A stretch of 63,971 nt of DNA, the filler included, from Octopus bimaculoides (lineage: Eukaryota): the NCBI RefSeq assembly GCF_001194135.2. It is 3 parts of 3 records of this genome, joined end to end, with 100 filler letters (N's around TTAATTAATTAA, not from the genome) between each part and the next. Parts side by side here need not be neighbours in the genome. Positions count along the whole stretch, not along the records: positions 19,052 to 50,392 come from NC_069004.1; positions 50,493 to 63,971 come from NC_068990.1; 1 more part is not named here. One strand, 5' to 3'. Positions 49,815 through 63,907 of this stretch are shown here, in pieces. The notes under the pieces were generated by a model. It saw only the letters and a list, made by a program, of their open reading frames with translations. It had not been told where the DNA came from and made no database searches. Position numbers and translations under genes: made by a program. Every line of letters begins with the position of its first letter. The stretch's first letter is position 1.

Positions 49815-50039
49815 GTGAGTATACAAAGGAGTACATAAGATGTATTTGGACTCTGGTATATGCATGTGTATACACACACACACACACACATACAGTAGAA
49901 CCTCGGCTTTTGAACAGCTCCGGTTCACAAATAAATTGTACTTTATCTCCAGTCTTTCTCATATTCATTTAATACAGTAGAACATAATTTCATACATAAC
50001 ATACATAATATACATACATACATACAAACATACATACAT

Positions 50040-50392
50040 AGGTGCAGGCATGACTGTGTGGTAAAACGCTTGCTTCCCAACCACATAGTTCTGGATTCAA
50101 TCCCACTGTGTGGCACCTTGAGCAAGTGTCTTCTACTATAGCCTCAGGCCGACCAAAGCCTTGAGGATGGATTTGGTAGATGGAAACTGAAAGAAGCCCA
50201 TCGTATATATGTATATATATATATATATATATATGTGTGCGTGTGTGTGTGTGTGTGTCTGTGTTTGTCCCCCCACCATCACTTGACAACCGATGCTGGT
50301 GTGTTTACGTCCCCGTAACTTAGCGGTTCGGCAAAAGACAAAGATAGAATAAGTACTAGGCTTACAAAGAATAAGTCCTGGGGTCGATTTGT
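50040..50392 (+). mobile_element. SINE family A, truncated by the linker gap
   Basis: Matches 503-860. Confidence 0.9.
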
Positions 50393-50492
50393 NNNNNNNN
50401 NNNNNNNNNNNNNNNNNNNNNNNNNNNNNNNNNNNNTTAATTAATTAANNNNNNNNNNNNNNNNNNNNNNNNNNNNNNNNNNNNNNNNNNNN
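50393..50492. other. Artificial scaffold linker N44-TTAATTAATTAA-N44
   Basis: Identical to 18952-19051. Confidence 0.9.
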
Positions 50493-50549
<57 letters not shown>

Positions 50550-51143
50550 CAGACGTTTTTCTGTGTATGTGGCGGGGAGACTGTCTGTCTGTATGTCTAT
50601 GCGCCTGTGAGTTCATATGTACAGTGTGTGGGCGGATATATGTGTCCGTCCCTGAATCCGTGAGTCCATACATGTCTGTGTGTGTGCGTGTGTGTACATG
50701 CGCCGACTTATGTATCTGTGTGTCTATGAGACCGTAGGTACATATGTTTGCGTGGGAGGTCAGGCAGCATGTGATTCTGTGTGTCCGTGTGTATGTACTG
50801 TGATTGGATATGCGTTTCCGTGTGTCCCTGGCTCCGTGTGTCCACATGTATGCTGTGTGTAGGCGGACATATATTTCTATGTGACTATAAGTCCGTGTAT
50901 CCACAGGAATTTGTGTGGGCGAATTTGTGTTTCTGTGTGTATCCACGAGTCCGTGTGTCCATATGTGTAGTGCGTGGGCAGACATGGCTGCGAGGCCAGG
51001 AGTCCGTGAGTCCATATTTGTCGTTTGTGTAGGCGAACATGAGCTTCTGTGTGCCCATATGTTCTTGCGTGAATCTCTGTGTTTATATAAATACTCACAC
51101 ATACACACGCGTGTGTATCTGTGTGCGAACTTTTGTATGTTTC

Positions 51144-51182
<39 letters not shown>

Positions 51183-51990
51183 GTGTGTAAAACTTTAAGC
51201 GTGAATATATGTAGGGTAAGTCTATCAACAGGTTAGTCCATGCGTATTACGAATCTAAATGTACTTCTGTGTGTGTATGTCCGGTTTCTTTGTCTGTCTC
51301 TATGTGCGTGTCTGTCTGTATGTGCATGTATTATGTATAACTGTGTGTTTGTGTGTATCTATATACATATGTATTCCAGTGTGTGTATGTCTATTCGTCA
51401 TTGCTATTGGATATCCTTGTTGCTTATTTTGATATATATATATATCTATATGCCCGTGTTTATATGTCAGTATGTTCGTTACATGTCCATGTATGTATGT
51501 ATGTATGTATGTATGTATGTATGTATGTATGTATGTATGTATGTATCTGTCTGTCCGTCTGTCGGTCCATCCGCCTGTCTACATTGTTTGTCTGTCTTGT
51601 CTGCTTGTATGTATGTATGGTTGTTTATATCTATGATTGTTTGTATGTACAATTGTATGTATGTATGTATGTATGTATGTATGCATGCATGCATGTATGT
51701 ATGTTGCTGTGTAAATGTCTGTCTGTGAATATGTTTATGCGTGTATCTATGTGTGACCATATAAGTCGGCGTTCATAAAAGTAAATACATATGTCCACCT
51801 TCATATTTACAAGTGTATGTCCATCTATGTATGTCCGAATACGCATAAGTACATGTGCGTAGCGTATATAACTGAACGTATAATGTATGCATGTCCATGT
51901 GAATCTATGTATATCTTGTCTGCTTCTAAATACTTCAATGAATATGTTTATGGGAATATGTACGTATATGTCTATATGCATGTGCATCCG
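50493..51990. repeat. (TG)/(TATG)-derived low-complexity field with recurrent GTCCGTG.GTCCA motif
   Basis: Direct reading. Confidence 0.75.
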
Positions 51991-52178
51991 TGTTTATAGG
52001 TGTGTGTAGACATTGGCAGGCAAAAGATTGATGCATGAGAAGAGATAGCAGCAGACTACACCGAGTATAGTCTACAGACTGCTACAGTTGTAGAAAGCCC
52101 GAATCTCTAACATAGAAAACGGTAAAAGACAGGTAAATGTTTCTGTATATCTTTCTCTGCGTGCATGCGTGTGTGTGA

Positions 52179-52240
<62 letters not shown>

Positions 52241-52456
52241 NNNNNNNNNNNNNNNNNNNNNNNNNNNNNNNNNNNNNNNNNNNNNNNNNNNNNNNNNNNN
52301 NNNNNNNNNNNNNNNNNNNNNNNNNNNNNNNNNNNNNNNNNNNNNNNNNNNNNNNNNNNNNNNNNNNNNNNNNNNNNNNNNNNNNNNNNNNNNNNNNNNN
52401 NNNNNNNNNNNNNNNNNNNNNNNNNNNNNNNNNNNNNNNNNNNNNNNNNNNNNNNN

Positions 52457-52490
<34 letters not shown>

Positions 52491-52519
52491 TGCATATGTG
52501 TGTGTGTATGTGTGTGTGT

Positions 52520-52710
52520 CATCATCATCGCTTGACAACCGATGTTGATGTGTTTACTTCCCCGTAACTTAGTAGTTGGCTAAAAATCCGAATAAGTGCT
52601 AGGCTTACAAAGAATAAGTTCTGGGGTCGATTTCTTCAACTAAAACCCTTGAAGGTGATGCTCCAGCTTGGCCGCAGTCAAGTAACGGAAACAAGTAAAA
52701 GAATAAAAGA
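52520..52710 (+). mobile_element. SINE family A, 3' half
   Basis: Matches 740-920. Confidence 0.8.
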
Positions 52711-52870
52711 ATAAAAGAGTATATGTGGGTGTGTGTGTGTGTCAATATAACAGAGAGTGAGAAAGTTGAAATTAAAAAGCAGACAGCAGACAGATAAAAT
52801 GTAAAGGGTTGCAGAACCATGGATCGAAAAAGAAAGAATAGGAGAATGAAAAATGAGAAAGTCAGTGAGT

Positions 52871-52969
<99 letters not shown>

Positions 52970-53120
52970 GGAAAGTCACAGAAAAACAGAACTGGAAAGT
53001 TATCGAGTCAGTCAGAGTGAAAGATGAATGAGTGTAAGTGCAGAGTGGGAAAAAAGTATACGAGAGAGAGAGAAAGAGAGGATAGTTAGCTCGCTAGCTT
53101 GATAAATAGATAGATAGATT

Positions 53121-53194
<74 letters not shown>

Positions 53195-54330
53195 GTCAAT
53201 CCTCAACATATCCTCCTTAACATAACTTTTGGCACTGCAGACATCGTTGTGACTATTAATAAAATGAAACTCGATTCTGCAGTGAACCCTGACAGATTTC
53301 CCTCTATCATCCTGAAGGAATGCAGACATCAACTTGCCGAATCCTTTGGCTAATCTCTGGAGGAATTCGCTGAACACCCGAAGATTTTCTATTTCAGTTA
53401 GTCCATATCAGTTTCAGAGAATGTAAGCCATTCGTAGTGAATTACTGTCTGATCCTACAAACTAACCTCTTATATCGTGAAAGTACTCGAGAGATAAAAA
53501 AAAAAAATAGCTGCTTTCCGAGTGAAAAACAATATAAGCATCTAGATCCCAAACAACATCGTTTTCGTGATGGGGTCAGCGACTGCATAACATAGCTCTT
53601 CTATCACATCCATGGTAGTCTAAATACACTCGGGAAAAGGTTGCAATACAGATGCCATTTACCAATGAGTCTGAGTATGTGACTGAACAGAACTCAAAGT
53701 TGACCTTTACGCTGTGCTTCAAGGAAGAAGAATTATACGATATGCTGCGAAACAAGGAAGAGTTCGAGCTCATCGAATATATTTAAACAGACATTCTCTT
53801 CCCACGAGCGAGCTCCTCGTAGCGTCAAATAATATCAGAAACTTAAGTGTAATTGTGAACAACAGCCTAAAGTACAGTGCCCACATCAACAATAAAGTGA
53901 TATGGCCTGCAGAATAATGTCATGGACTCTTAGAGCTTCCCACTCCAGAGATCTTGATATCATCCTCCTTCTCTACGTTTCCCAGGTCTAATTTTGAATA
54001 TTGAGCATTCTAGACAAATACAAAACATTGTGAGAACTGAAGCAGCCCAGTGATCGATCACAAAAACAAAAGGATTCAAACTATATTGTCTCCAGTGCCA
54101 CCGACATTTGTTGAATGTCAGAAATATTCTACCAATACTGTTCAAATGATGTCGATGTCGACACCACAAGTTACTCAAGCACTGCTTCCAGAGCCATACG
54201 CATTCTACAGAAATAAAGTCCACGTCACATAACAGCATTGCGACAACATTTTATTTTACCTCAATTATTCTGTTTTGTTCAACATTATTATGAAGCAAAT
54301 TAGAAGCAGAAAACATTCCTTTTCTCCCAC
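53195..54330 (+). pseudogene. Heavily decayed CR1-like LINE (RT region)
   Basis: SAVNPDRFPSIILKECRHQLA, QHRFRDGVSDC, LSVIVNNSLKYSAHINNKV; similar to 31085-31385. Confidence 0.75.
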
Positions 54331-54479
54331 CTCCAAGAAATTCCATACAAACCACCAGCATCTAGATACATCACGGCATGCAACAATTCCCCATTATACT
54401 GGGTTATGATATCCTATATGACTATGACCAGGTGATACTATTAAGTTATGGTTAGACTGAGCTTGACATGGCCAAGACC

Positions 54480-55335
54480 TATTGAAGTTCTATCCGCGAA
54501 GAATCATAGCACAGTTTAATGAACTTTATCAATCAAAGTAAAATTTGTGATAGAATTGCTTTAGTGATTAACTGGCACCGAAATTCCACTGATATTTCAA
54601 AAGTGTTGCATGAAAGTTACCAGAATATTGCAGAAAAATATCCTCGTTTCAAACAAATATTCCCTCAGATGCATATTGTAGCCTTTGGACTCAATAAAAA
54701 ATATAAGGGAAATATTAACAACTACTTGTAACCTGAAGAAAACTACCCTTGGAGTTTCTGAATGCTCCACCTTGAAAAACAGCCGTAAGAGAGGAAAGCC
54801 CTGTTCAAAGTGCAACGACATGAGTCTAGTCAATTCCATCTCGAATCATAACAGAAATATTATAATTTACGGAACGTAGGACATGTAAAGAATTCCATTT
54901 GGTGCAAGCAGCAGAATGTACCAAACACAACTTCATTTATGTTGGTTGTACAACAAAGCAATTAAACAAAAGATTCAATGGCCATAGGTATGATGTCAGG
55001 CATAAATAGCAGTAGTTCGAGAGAACTTGCCGAACGTTTTACACCAAACGGCTACAATTTAGAGGAACATCTAAAAGTGCAGAGTCTCAGAAAATATTCT
55101 GAATCTACACTTTCAGTTCTCAAGATGCTTGAGGACAAATATATTATTAACATCATGCCCTGGACGAATGAAAAAAAAAATGACAGGTGAATTTCATCAC
55201 ATTCACATAGAACTGTTCGACTAAATATAAATTTTTTCTTGAATTTCTGTGTTTCTGCGATTGTTTTAATTTTACATTTTGAACCTGAAGACGGACAAGA
55301 TGTTGAAATATCGTTCAAATCGTTAAATAAACAAT
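54480..55335 (+). mobile_element. Penelope-like element 3' portion: GIY-YIG endonuclease remnant plus pLTR
   Basis: TCKEFHLVQAAECTKHNFIYVGCTTKQLNKRFNGHRYDVRHK at 54881-55006; hammerhead-like motif downstream. Confidence 0.8.
55278..55317 (+). ncRNA. Minimal type-I hammerhead motif of the Penelope pLTR (helix II slightly decayed)
   Basis: TTGAAC-CTGAAGA-cg-GACA-aga-TGTT-GAAA-TA-TC-GTTCAA: perfect 6-bp helix I, loopless palindromic helix III (AUAU), AUC triplet. Confidence 0.7.
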
Positions 55336-55544
<209 letters not shown>

Positions 55545-56040
55545 GTTCAGTAGTTTTATTTTTATAACGTGCTTTCACTTCACTACGGAGCGCATCTCTG
55601 TGCGCCTTGGGTATGTGCTGTGGTGCTCTTATGTTTACTGTATTGAAAGTGTTTTTATTATTATTATTATGCAGTAATCTTATTTTTTATCATGTGCTGT
55701 TACTGCACTACCGAGCACAGCTCTGCGTGCCTTGGGTATGTGCTGTGGTTTGTTGCGGTGCTCTTATGTTCACTGTGTTGAAGTGCTTTACGTAGGTGTC
55801 TAGTAGTGCTATTTTCTGTATGTTATATGCATTCGTAAGTCCTGATATTTTGGTTATGTATTTGTCTGAATGCTCTTTAATCATACCTAATGCGCCCACT
55901 ATGATAGGAATTGTTTCTACTTTACCTCTATTTCCAGATCTTTGTTTTATTTTGAGAGTTTCTACATTTCTTTTAGATAAACATTGACATCTGTTGGTAT
56001 TGATTCATCGATTAGAAGGCATCTTTTTCTTGGTGATCTA
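55545..56040 (-). mobile_element. Two stacked R4/Dong-like 3' ends (55545-55656 and 55671-56040), same family as 21951-22666
   Basis: RCLLIDESIP.D and TIPIIVGALGMIK...IQKIALL (RLE domain); 3' UTR closely matches 21951-22060; each piece abuts (ATT)n. Confidence 0.8.
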
Positions 56041-56877
56041 TGACACCCTACGACTCACTTTCAGGTGACCTCTCAGAATAGTTAATTGTGACACGAACAA
56101 GTGAATTCATAAGGTATACAGATTGCTAGTATACTGCAGTAGTAGAAGCTAGAAATGATGTTTTCACAGGAAGAATGTAGATTACTGCCAATGGGGTGTA
56201 GGTGGCATAGGACTTGTTAAAGCAGAAAGCACTTGCGGGGCTGTGAAAGTAGAGTAATCCGACACGGACCACTTTTCAGCCTAATAGTCAAAGAAAAAAG
56301 CAACAACATCCCATCCAAGAATTAGTCTGTGCAGACATTGTTCAGTCTAGTACTCTGAAGCAGCAACCACTGGGCCTATTTCCCTCAGCTACAAACAAGC
56401 AACTCGTCAGACCATTTTAGCTCCCAGAATACGTCATGCCGACTACAATTCATTGAGACATTATACTCTCAAATTCTTTCAATGACATACATACATACAT
56501 ACATACATACATACATTCATGCATGCATCTGCTCACATATTGACTCCAAATACTGCATATGTACATACATGCAAAAATAACAATGTTGAAATTTCAATGA
56601 AGGAACCTTGAATCTAGGTTAAAAATTGGTTCTTTCATGTTTGTGGCTGAGGGAAATCTTGAAATAAAATTGAATAACGACATATACAGTCATTCATATA
56701 CACATACACACACACATACATACATACACATATACATACATACATACATACATACATTCATGCACACACACATACACACATGCACATATAAGGTAACAAT
56801 AAAGTCGGGATACAATATATCAACAACATTCTTGTTTTGTTTTCTTCCGCAGCTTGAATAAAAAGTCTGTCATTTTC

Positions 56878-56962
<85 letters not shown>

Positions 56963-57144
56963 GGGGAGGAATGCATTATGCATATATGTCTGCTAAAAGA
57001 AACATTTCGAGAAAATATATTAATCATGTTACATTTGGCTGCTTGTAAGACGCAGCTCAGTTTTGATGAATTTTTCCTTAGTTTGGCATTCGTAGTCACA
57101 CCAAATTGCTGAACGTTTTAAATATTAATCTGCTTAAGATGTTG

Positions 57145-57365
57145 AAAGGCTGCGAGATGGCAGAATCGTTACCACGCTGGGCAAAATACGTAGCAGCACT
57201 TCGTCAGTCTTTACGTTCTGAGTTGAAATTCTGCTGAGGCCGACTTCACCTTTCAATTTTTCGGGGTCGATAAAGTAAGTAATAGTTGAGTACCGGGAGT
57301 CGATGTCATCGATTTTACCCTTTCCGCAAACTTGCCGGCCTTTTGCTAAAATTTGAAATCAATAT
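57145..57365 (+). mobile_element. SINE family C
   Basis: Consensus motifs present. Confidence 0.8.
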
Positions 57366-57411
57366 AAGCCCCTTTATTAGACTATTTTTCTTAGTCATTG
57401 CACGGTGATCT

Positions 57412-57742
57412 CTAAAGGAAGGAAGGAGCACTCCGTTGGTTAGGACGATGAGGGTCCCAGCTGATACGATCAGCAGAAGAGCTTGCTCGTGAAATTAACG
57501 CACAAGTGACTGAGCCATCCACAGACACGTGTACCCCTAATGTAGTTCTCAGGGAGATTCAACGTGACACAGAGTGTGACAAGACCAGCCCTTTGAAATA
57601 TAGGTACTACTCATTTTGTAGTACGTGAGTGGAACAACGTGAAATAAAGTGTCTTGCTCAAGGACACAACGCGTCGCCGGGAATTGAACTCACGACCTTA
57701 TGATCGTAAGCCGAATGCCCTAACCACTAAGCCTTGCGCCTT
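57412..57742 (-). mobile_element. Full-length SINE (body E plus tail B) with target-site duplication
   Basis: CACGGTGATCT at 57401-57411 and 57743-57753. Confidence 0.85.
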
Positions 57743-58907
57743 CACGGTGATCTACGAAATCCACTGAGTGGGACTGAACCTGGAGCCATGTAGTTGAGAA
57801 GTAAACTTCTTACCACACAGCCATATATATGTAGGTAAATGACCTGCCACAAATAGCTGCTGAAAGCCTTCAAATCACAATCTATTGCCTTGATAAAAGA
57901 AGGATACGTTGTAAAGCATAACTCTACGAAGGACGTGATAATCACGACGAAGAGTGTCTTGGAGTAATGAAGCTGCTTTTCCTACACAACCGAACAAAAG
58001 GTTTTCACGTGAATGTATTGGGAAACTTTTGTTTGAAAACTGTTCTAATTAAAAAGAAGTACATGAAAAATCTGAAATTTAAAGTTAATTATATTTTGCT
58101 TAAATATCACATGGGAAATATTCCTTCATATCCGTTTGTCCTAACGCTTCTTTTGTTTACATTTTGAAAAGCGTTTCGTGTGTCGTTATCAAATATTTGG
58201 AAGAAACAAAAGTGAATAGTCAATAGGGTTTGTGTTATGAGAGGGCTGATTGGGGTTTGCTCGTAAATTCTTCAAAGGAAAATACTGCAAAAGTTTTACC
58301 TTCATTCTCTTTCTGAATGTTGTCATATTTGCTACACAAGTCCGACATTGTTTATGTACTTGACGTATAGTCACACACGTACACACACTTACACATACAT
58401 TTATACATACATACATATATGTGTGTGTGTGTGTGTGTGTGTGTTTGTGGGTTTCTGTATGTTTATGTACGTATGCAGGCACTTTAAACACACACGGACT
58501 CTCTTTACGCGAAGACACACGCGAGCGCACACACGTATACATGGACACATATATATTTGAAGAAAGATTTTCTTAGATTAACTTATTGAAAAAAAATCTT
58601 CAGAAACAAAAATTAAAAATACAACAATACAAAATGTTTGGACGGAAGTTTTCGTAATCTGTATGTAAGTGCTTTTGTGGTTCAATTTGTCAAGCGCACA
58701 TCCTATGAGGTAATCCTCATAAAACGTGTGTTTGAAGAATTGAACAACGCAAACGTTTACACACACAATTGCACCAACTTCTTTCCAAAATGTTCGTGTT
58801 ATTCTGCACGCCCACACGCGCCCGTGCGCGTATGCGTGTGTTCGCGAGTGTGTGTGTGCATAGCTTTTCACACAAATGTATGTATATGTATATCATTTCT
58901 TTTTCAG

Positions 58908-58962
58908 TTTTGAAAGTCACTCTCAAGACGACAAGAAACAACCTGCCATAAAAGAAGCTTAA
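58908..58962 (+). CDS. Candidate terminal coding exon (phase 2: FESHSQDDKKQPAIKEA*; phase 1: ILKVTLKTTRNNLP*)
   Basis: Strong acceptor TATCATTTCTTTTTCAG followed by a stop and several hundred bp of unique UTR-like sequence; lies beyond a scaffold linker. Confidence 0.35.
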
Positions 58963-59584
58963 ACATCCCCCCCCCCACCACCAACACTACCACTCACATA
59001 GTTCGTTGGGAGTTATAAAAGGACGAGAATCAATCTAATAAGAAGCAGTTTTAAAATCACAAATGATCGACTCAAGAATGAAAAGAGTACTAGAAGACAG
59101 ATTTTTGAGGATAGAATCTTTTCATGTAGAAACAATTGTTAGAAGAGGTAACAAGAATATTGAAAAGACAAAAATGCAGTAGGAAGATACATCACTCGAC
59201 TGACATCTGAAGAGAAGAAAGTTTCAACAACGACTTTAGGATTATCTATGGAAAAGTGATAAAGAAACAATGTACTGGTGCTGAAAGGAAGGTGGAATTT
59301 GAAGCTACTTAAACAGAAACAGCAATGTTAGAAACACTCGCTTTTGTACTCGATGAAGGAAAGAAGACCAGCAGAAGCACCAATCTAGATATGACAATCA
59401 AGTCCACACATGAATACTTTCGAAAGAAATATATTGACGTGTCGATGTAGAGAGTCAGTCTTCATACGGCTAATTCAGTATTAGAGCTAATATAATGAGT
59501 CCACCAAAGATCTTTAGAAAAAAATTTAATCCGAAAGGATAGAAAACTGAGGAAGAACAGTTTCTAACATAAGGATACCAATAT

Positions 59585-59885
59585 CCTTTTCTACTCTAGA
59601 CACAAGGCCAGAAAGTTTTGGGGAGGGGGCCAGTCGATTAGATACTGCTGAGTAATTCACCCGGCGTACTGACGTTTCTGCCAACTCGTCACCTTATAAA
59701 GATACCAATATCGCAGGATGGTAGGCACGTCGAGCATAATGCTGAGTGGCGTTTCATCAGGTTTAAGTTCAAATGCCGCCTAGGTCGACTTCACCGTTCA
59801 TCTTTTCGGGGGTCTATAAAATAAGTACCAGTTGAACACTTACCTCCTCCTCGAAATTACTGGCCCCCAAAAAATTTAAACCAAT
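59585..59885. mobile_element. Head-to-head pair of decayed SINE family C fragments
   Basis: Minus copy ends TTTCTGCCAACTCGTCACC; plus copy has GTTCAAATGCCGCC...TAAGTACCAG. Confidence 0.6.
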
Positions 59886-61487
59886 ATTCTTCATTGTTCC
59901 TGTAACAATTAGTTCAAAGACGTTCACATTTTGCAGAGTTGCACCTTAATCACCTCTGAGCACCTTAATCATCCGCCGAATGTAGGATAAGCTTAACAGA
60001 ACCAACGATTTTCACCTGATCAAACGAGTGTCACTTGCAACGATAGCAAGTCTCGGCATAATTTCACCAGGAAGAACATTAGTGTCATTAATATCAGTGC
60101 GTTAGTGCTGGCCGTGGCTTCCTCTAACAGTAAACTTATGATTAGAGCTCCATTGAATTTCAGAAATAGATTTTGCAATTTTCACATCCCTGAAATCAGA
60201 CTTTTTCGGCAGCATGTTTCATACCACGTTGCAAGAAGGATTCAGAGCCCCTCCACCTAGTAGGTACAAATATGATGTCAAAATTGTTTAATCTTCACAG
60301 ATCCCAAACAAAAAACAAAATCAATCATAAATATGTGAACTACAATTTGAAGATGATTTTAGATTGTTGGTGCGAAATAACGCAATCATTCAAATATTTA
60401 TCAATCGGTTCTGAAAGACTTACACCAACTTTGGACTCACTATCGTTTCAGCCAATAGATAAATATTACATCAAACTGTCTCAGGAAATGCACATTGTGT
60501 ACCTTCTAGGATACAGATAAGCTGGACTGAACAGAAATATGTAATTTTCAATATATCGGAAATACACTGCTCTCATAGGTGTACACAGGGGTTGAAGTAT
60601 TGTCATGTGTCTGAATGCTCAGATTTTATTCCCCCAAAATAAAATAAGATAAAATAAAAAAGCAAAATTTTAAAATAACGAAAAATGCTACATGCTTAGC
60701 TGAAAACTTATTTCATGTCATATCATACTACCGGTGTGGCAAAAATTATATTGGCCGAACAGGCATGTCACTTAGAAAAGTGATGACACTTTACCAACAA
60801 CAAATACGTGATCCGAAGTGTATAAAGTTCCTCACAGCGAAGAGTTGCTGAAGCTCTGCAACTAATTTGAAGTATTCCAATAATACCTAAGTGCGTAGTA
60901 TACAGGAGCGCAACAAAGAATTAACAAATAAACATATTTTATTAAAAAATTTTAAAACAAGGTTTAAATCGAATATTAATTATATTTATTATGAGTTCAT
61001 TTATTAAGGAAATTTATTGCTAATTTATATTTCAATATTTCTATAAGCGTCTGTCTACTTGTTTTTGAATATTTAAAGTACATAACGTTAATTCCAGAAC
61101 TGCATTGTTACTGGTGTGAATATAATAAATTTAGGTTACTAACGTACATAGCATTACACTCCTTGTAATGAGTCTAGAATTGAATAACTGGTCTGTTACA
61201 TATTAACCAAAAGCTAACACGCAGATTTTACACATGTACACTACAATGATTATCTTATGGAAGTGAAACTGGCATAAACTTTGAAATATTTAATAATGTA
61301 GCTTGAAAAAATTTGATCGTAACAATGTAATATGGAAAAATTTAATTACTATATAAATGGAATTTAGCATCTTCTCATTGCACTCACATACACATACACA
61401 CGTATACATACACATGCACGCACATACATATAGGGATATACACATACATGCATAGATGCATACGTATATACATACACGCACATACAC

Positions 61488-61589
61488 CTGTTAAATGAGG
61501 AGGTTGAATAAGTAACCGATTTTTTCGACATCATCCCTGACAGAGCACACTTCATCAAAGTATTCCAGCCGTGAATATCCCGTGTTTTC
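61488..61589 (-). CDS. Candidate minus-strand exon (phase 2 to 2: KTRDIHGWNTLMKCALSGMMSKKSVTYSTSSFNR)
   Basis: ATACATTGTCTCAG acceptor, CAG|GTGTAT donor, 102 nt open, GC-richer than flanks. Confidence 0.35.
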
Positions 61590-63199
61590 CTGAGACAATG
61601 TATTATGGACTACATTAACCAATATGAAATTCATTTTTTCCTTCTTTTTAAAAAAAAAGAAAAAAAACGAACTTAGTGTGTGATTCGAGAAGATTTAACT
61701 ACCATTTCTAGCATGTCTTGTGGCCGCAACGAGGTTTCCGTGTTTAGTCGCATAGTCATACATATATGAATGAGCAAGGAAGTGATGGCGAGATAGAGAG
61801 AATTAGCGGGCAAGAATGGAAAAATAAAGCGTACAGAAAAAGAGTGGAAGAAAAACAAAGATGAAGAAGAGGGGTGCAACACAGTGAGAAAAGCAGAGGG
61901 AGCGGGAGCTGGAAATATTATAATTAGCTATTAAATTTAACGCCTACACTTAACATTATGAATGACAAGCTTCTAGTTCATAATCTCACGTACATACATA
62001 CACACTTGCCAACGTATACACATTCAAACAAACACGTGTGCATCATATATGCATATGATGTGCACATGTGCAAAAGAGGTCACATGTCTGACGGATGCAT
62101 TTAATATTTATGCGTGTGTTGAATGTATGTAACTGGTCTTATTTCCTGAGTGTTTTCTGAGCAACAAAATATTTGTGCGACGATATATAAGTACGCGGGT
62201 GTACCACTGGAAGTGTTGGAGTATAATAGGGAGATAGATAAACAGATACATAGATAGATAAACAGATACATAGATAGATAAACAGATACATAGATAGATA
62301 AACAGATACATAGATAGATAGAGAGATAAAAAAAATAGATAGATATAAATATATGTATATATGTTATCATACATGCTAATGCTAATACATTATATATATA
62401 TATATATATATATATNNNNNNNNNNNNNNNNNNNNNNNNNNNNNNNNNNNNNNNNNNNNNNNNNNNNNNNNNNNNNNNNNNNNNNNNNNNNNNNNNNNNN
62501 NNNNNNNNNNNNNNNNNNNNNNNNNNNNNNNNNNNNNNNNNNNNNNNNNNNNNNNNNNNNNNNNNNNNNNNNNNNNNNNNNNNNNNNNNNNNNNNNNNNN
62601 NNNNNNNNNNNNNNNNNNNNNNNNNNNNNNNNNNNNNNNNNNNNNNNNNNNNNNNNNNNNNNNNNNNNNNNNNNNNNNNNNNNNNNNNNNNNNNNNNNNN
62701 NNNNNNNNNNNNNNNNNNNNNNNNNNNNNNNNNNNNNNNNNNNNNNNNNNNNNNNNNNNNNNNNNNNNNNNNNNNNNNNNNNNNNNNNNNNNNNNNNNNN
62801 NNNNNNNNNNNNNNNNNNNNNNNNNNNNNNNNNNNNNNNNNNNNNNNNNNNNNNNNNNNNNNNNNNNNNNNNNNNNNNNNNNNNNNNNNNNNNNNNNNNN
62901 NNNNNNNNNNNNNNNNNNNNNNNNNNNNNNNNNNNNNNNNNNNNNNNNNNNNNNNNNNNNNNNNNNNNNNNNNNNNNNNNNNNNNNNNNNNNNNNNNNNN
63001 NNNNNNNNNNNNNNNNNNNNNNNNNNNNNNNNNNNNNNNNNNNNNNNNNNNNNNNNNNNNNNNNNNNNNNNNNNNNNNNNNNNNNNNNNNNNNNNNNNNN
63101 NNNNNNNNNNNNNNNNNNNNNNNNNNNNNNNNNNNNNNNNNNNNNNNNNNNNNNNNNNNNNNNNNNNNNNNNNNNNNNNNNNNNNNNNNNNNNNTATGC

Positions 63200-63430
63200 A
63201 TGTATGGCGGCGCGTGGCTTAGTGGTTAGAGTGTAGGACTCATGATCGGGAGATTGTAGTTTCGATTCCCGGACCGGGCGATGCGTTTCGCTCTTGAGCG
63301 AAACACTTCCTTTCACGTTGCTCCCGTCCACTCAGCTGGCAAACATGAGTAGTCCTGCAAGGAACTGGCGTCCCATCCAGGTGGGGAATAATACCCTATG
63401 GAAACCACGAAACCTGGCATGGTTCGAGTA
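63200..63430 (+). mobile_element. tRNA-derived SINE, body E with another tail
   Basis: GGCGCGTGGCTTAGTGGTTAG head, GTTTCGATTCCC B box, CCACTCAGCTGG body. Confidence 0.75.
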
Positions 63431-63907
63431 AGCAACATTTAAACGATATAGATAGATAGATGTGTGTATGTGTGTGTGTGTAAAGTAGATAAGCCGCAAG
63501 TGGCGAAGGTTGAAGTCCCAATCAACACAATATGTATATATTTATCTTCGTGAAAAATAATTTTTCGTCCACAATGTTGCTTTAACAACCCTAACACGCC
63601 CATACACACACCGCGTTCCCATACACACACGCACACACACATACACACATACACACACATGTAACATCCGTCCTTATATATTGCGACCCAAGGTGCTATT
63701 TAGTTCTTCGCGGTATTTTTAAAATATCATTTATAATCTTCAAAACATCCGCGCTACCACTGAAGAGTGTGCTGTTCGTAATGTTGTTTCACGTAACAAT
63801 AATTACTTACTTCACTACTTTATACAAAAGTAAGCCTATCAAAACAATGAAGCAACACTTCTTTGCATTTTCTTCTATATTTTACATTTGATAACTTTAT
63901 TTATTAA

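Noticed and set aside
59990-60210. Minus-strand coding-like stretch MLPKKSDFRDVKIAKS...
   Set aside because: Interrupted by a stop and no recognisable motif; may be UTR or a decayed element.
63755-63810. CTGAAGA-GTG...CAC-GTAAC hammerhead-like string
   Set aside because: GTAAC instead of GAAAC and no helix I or III.
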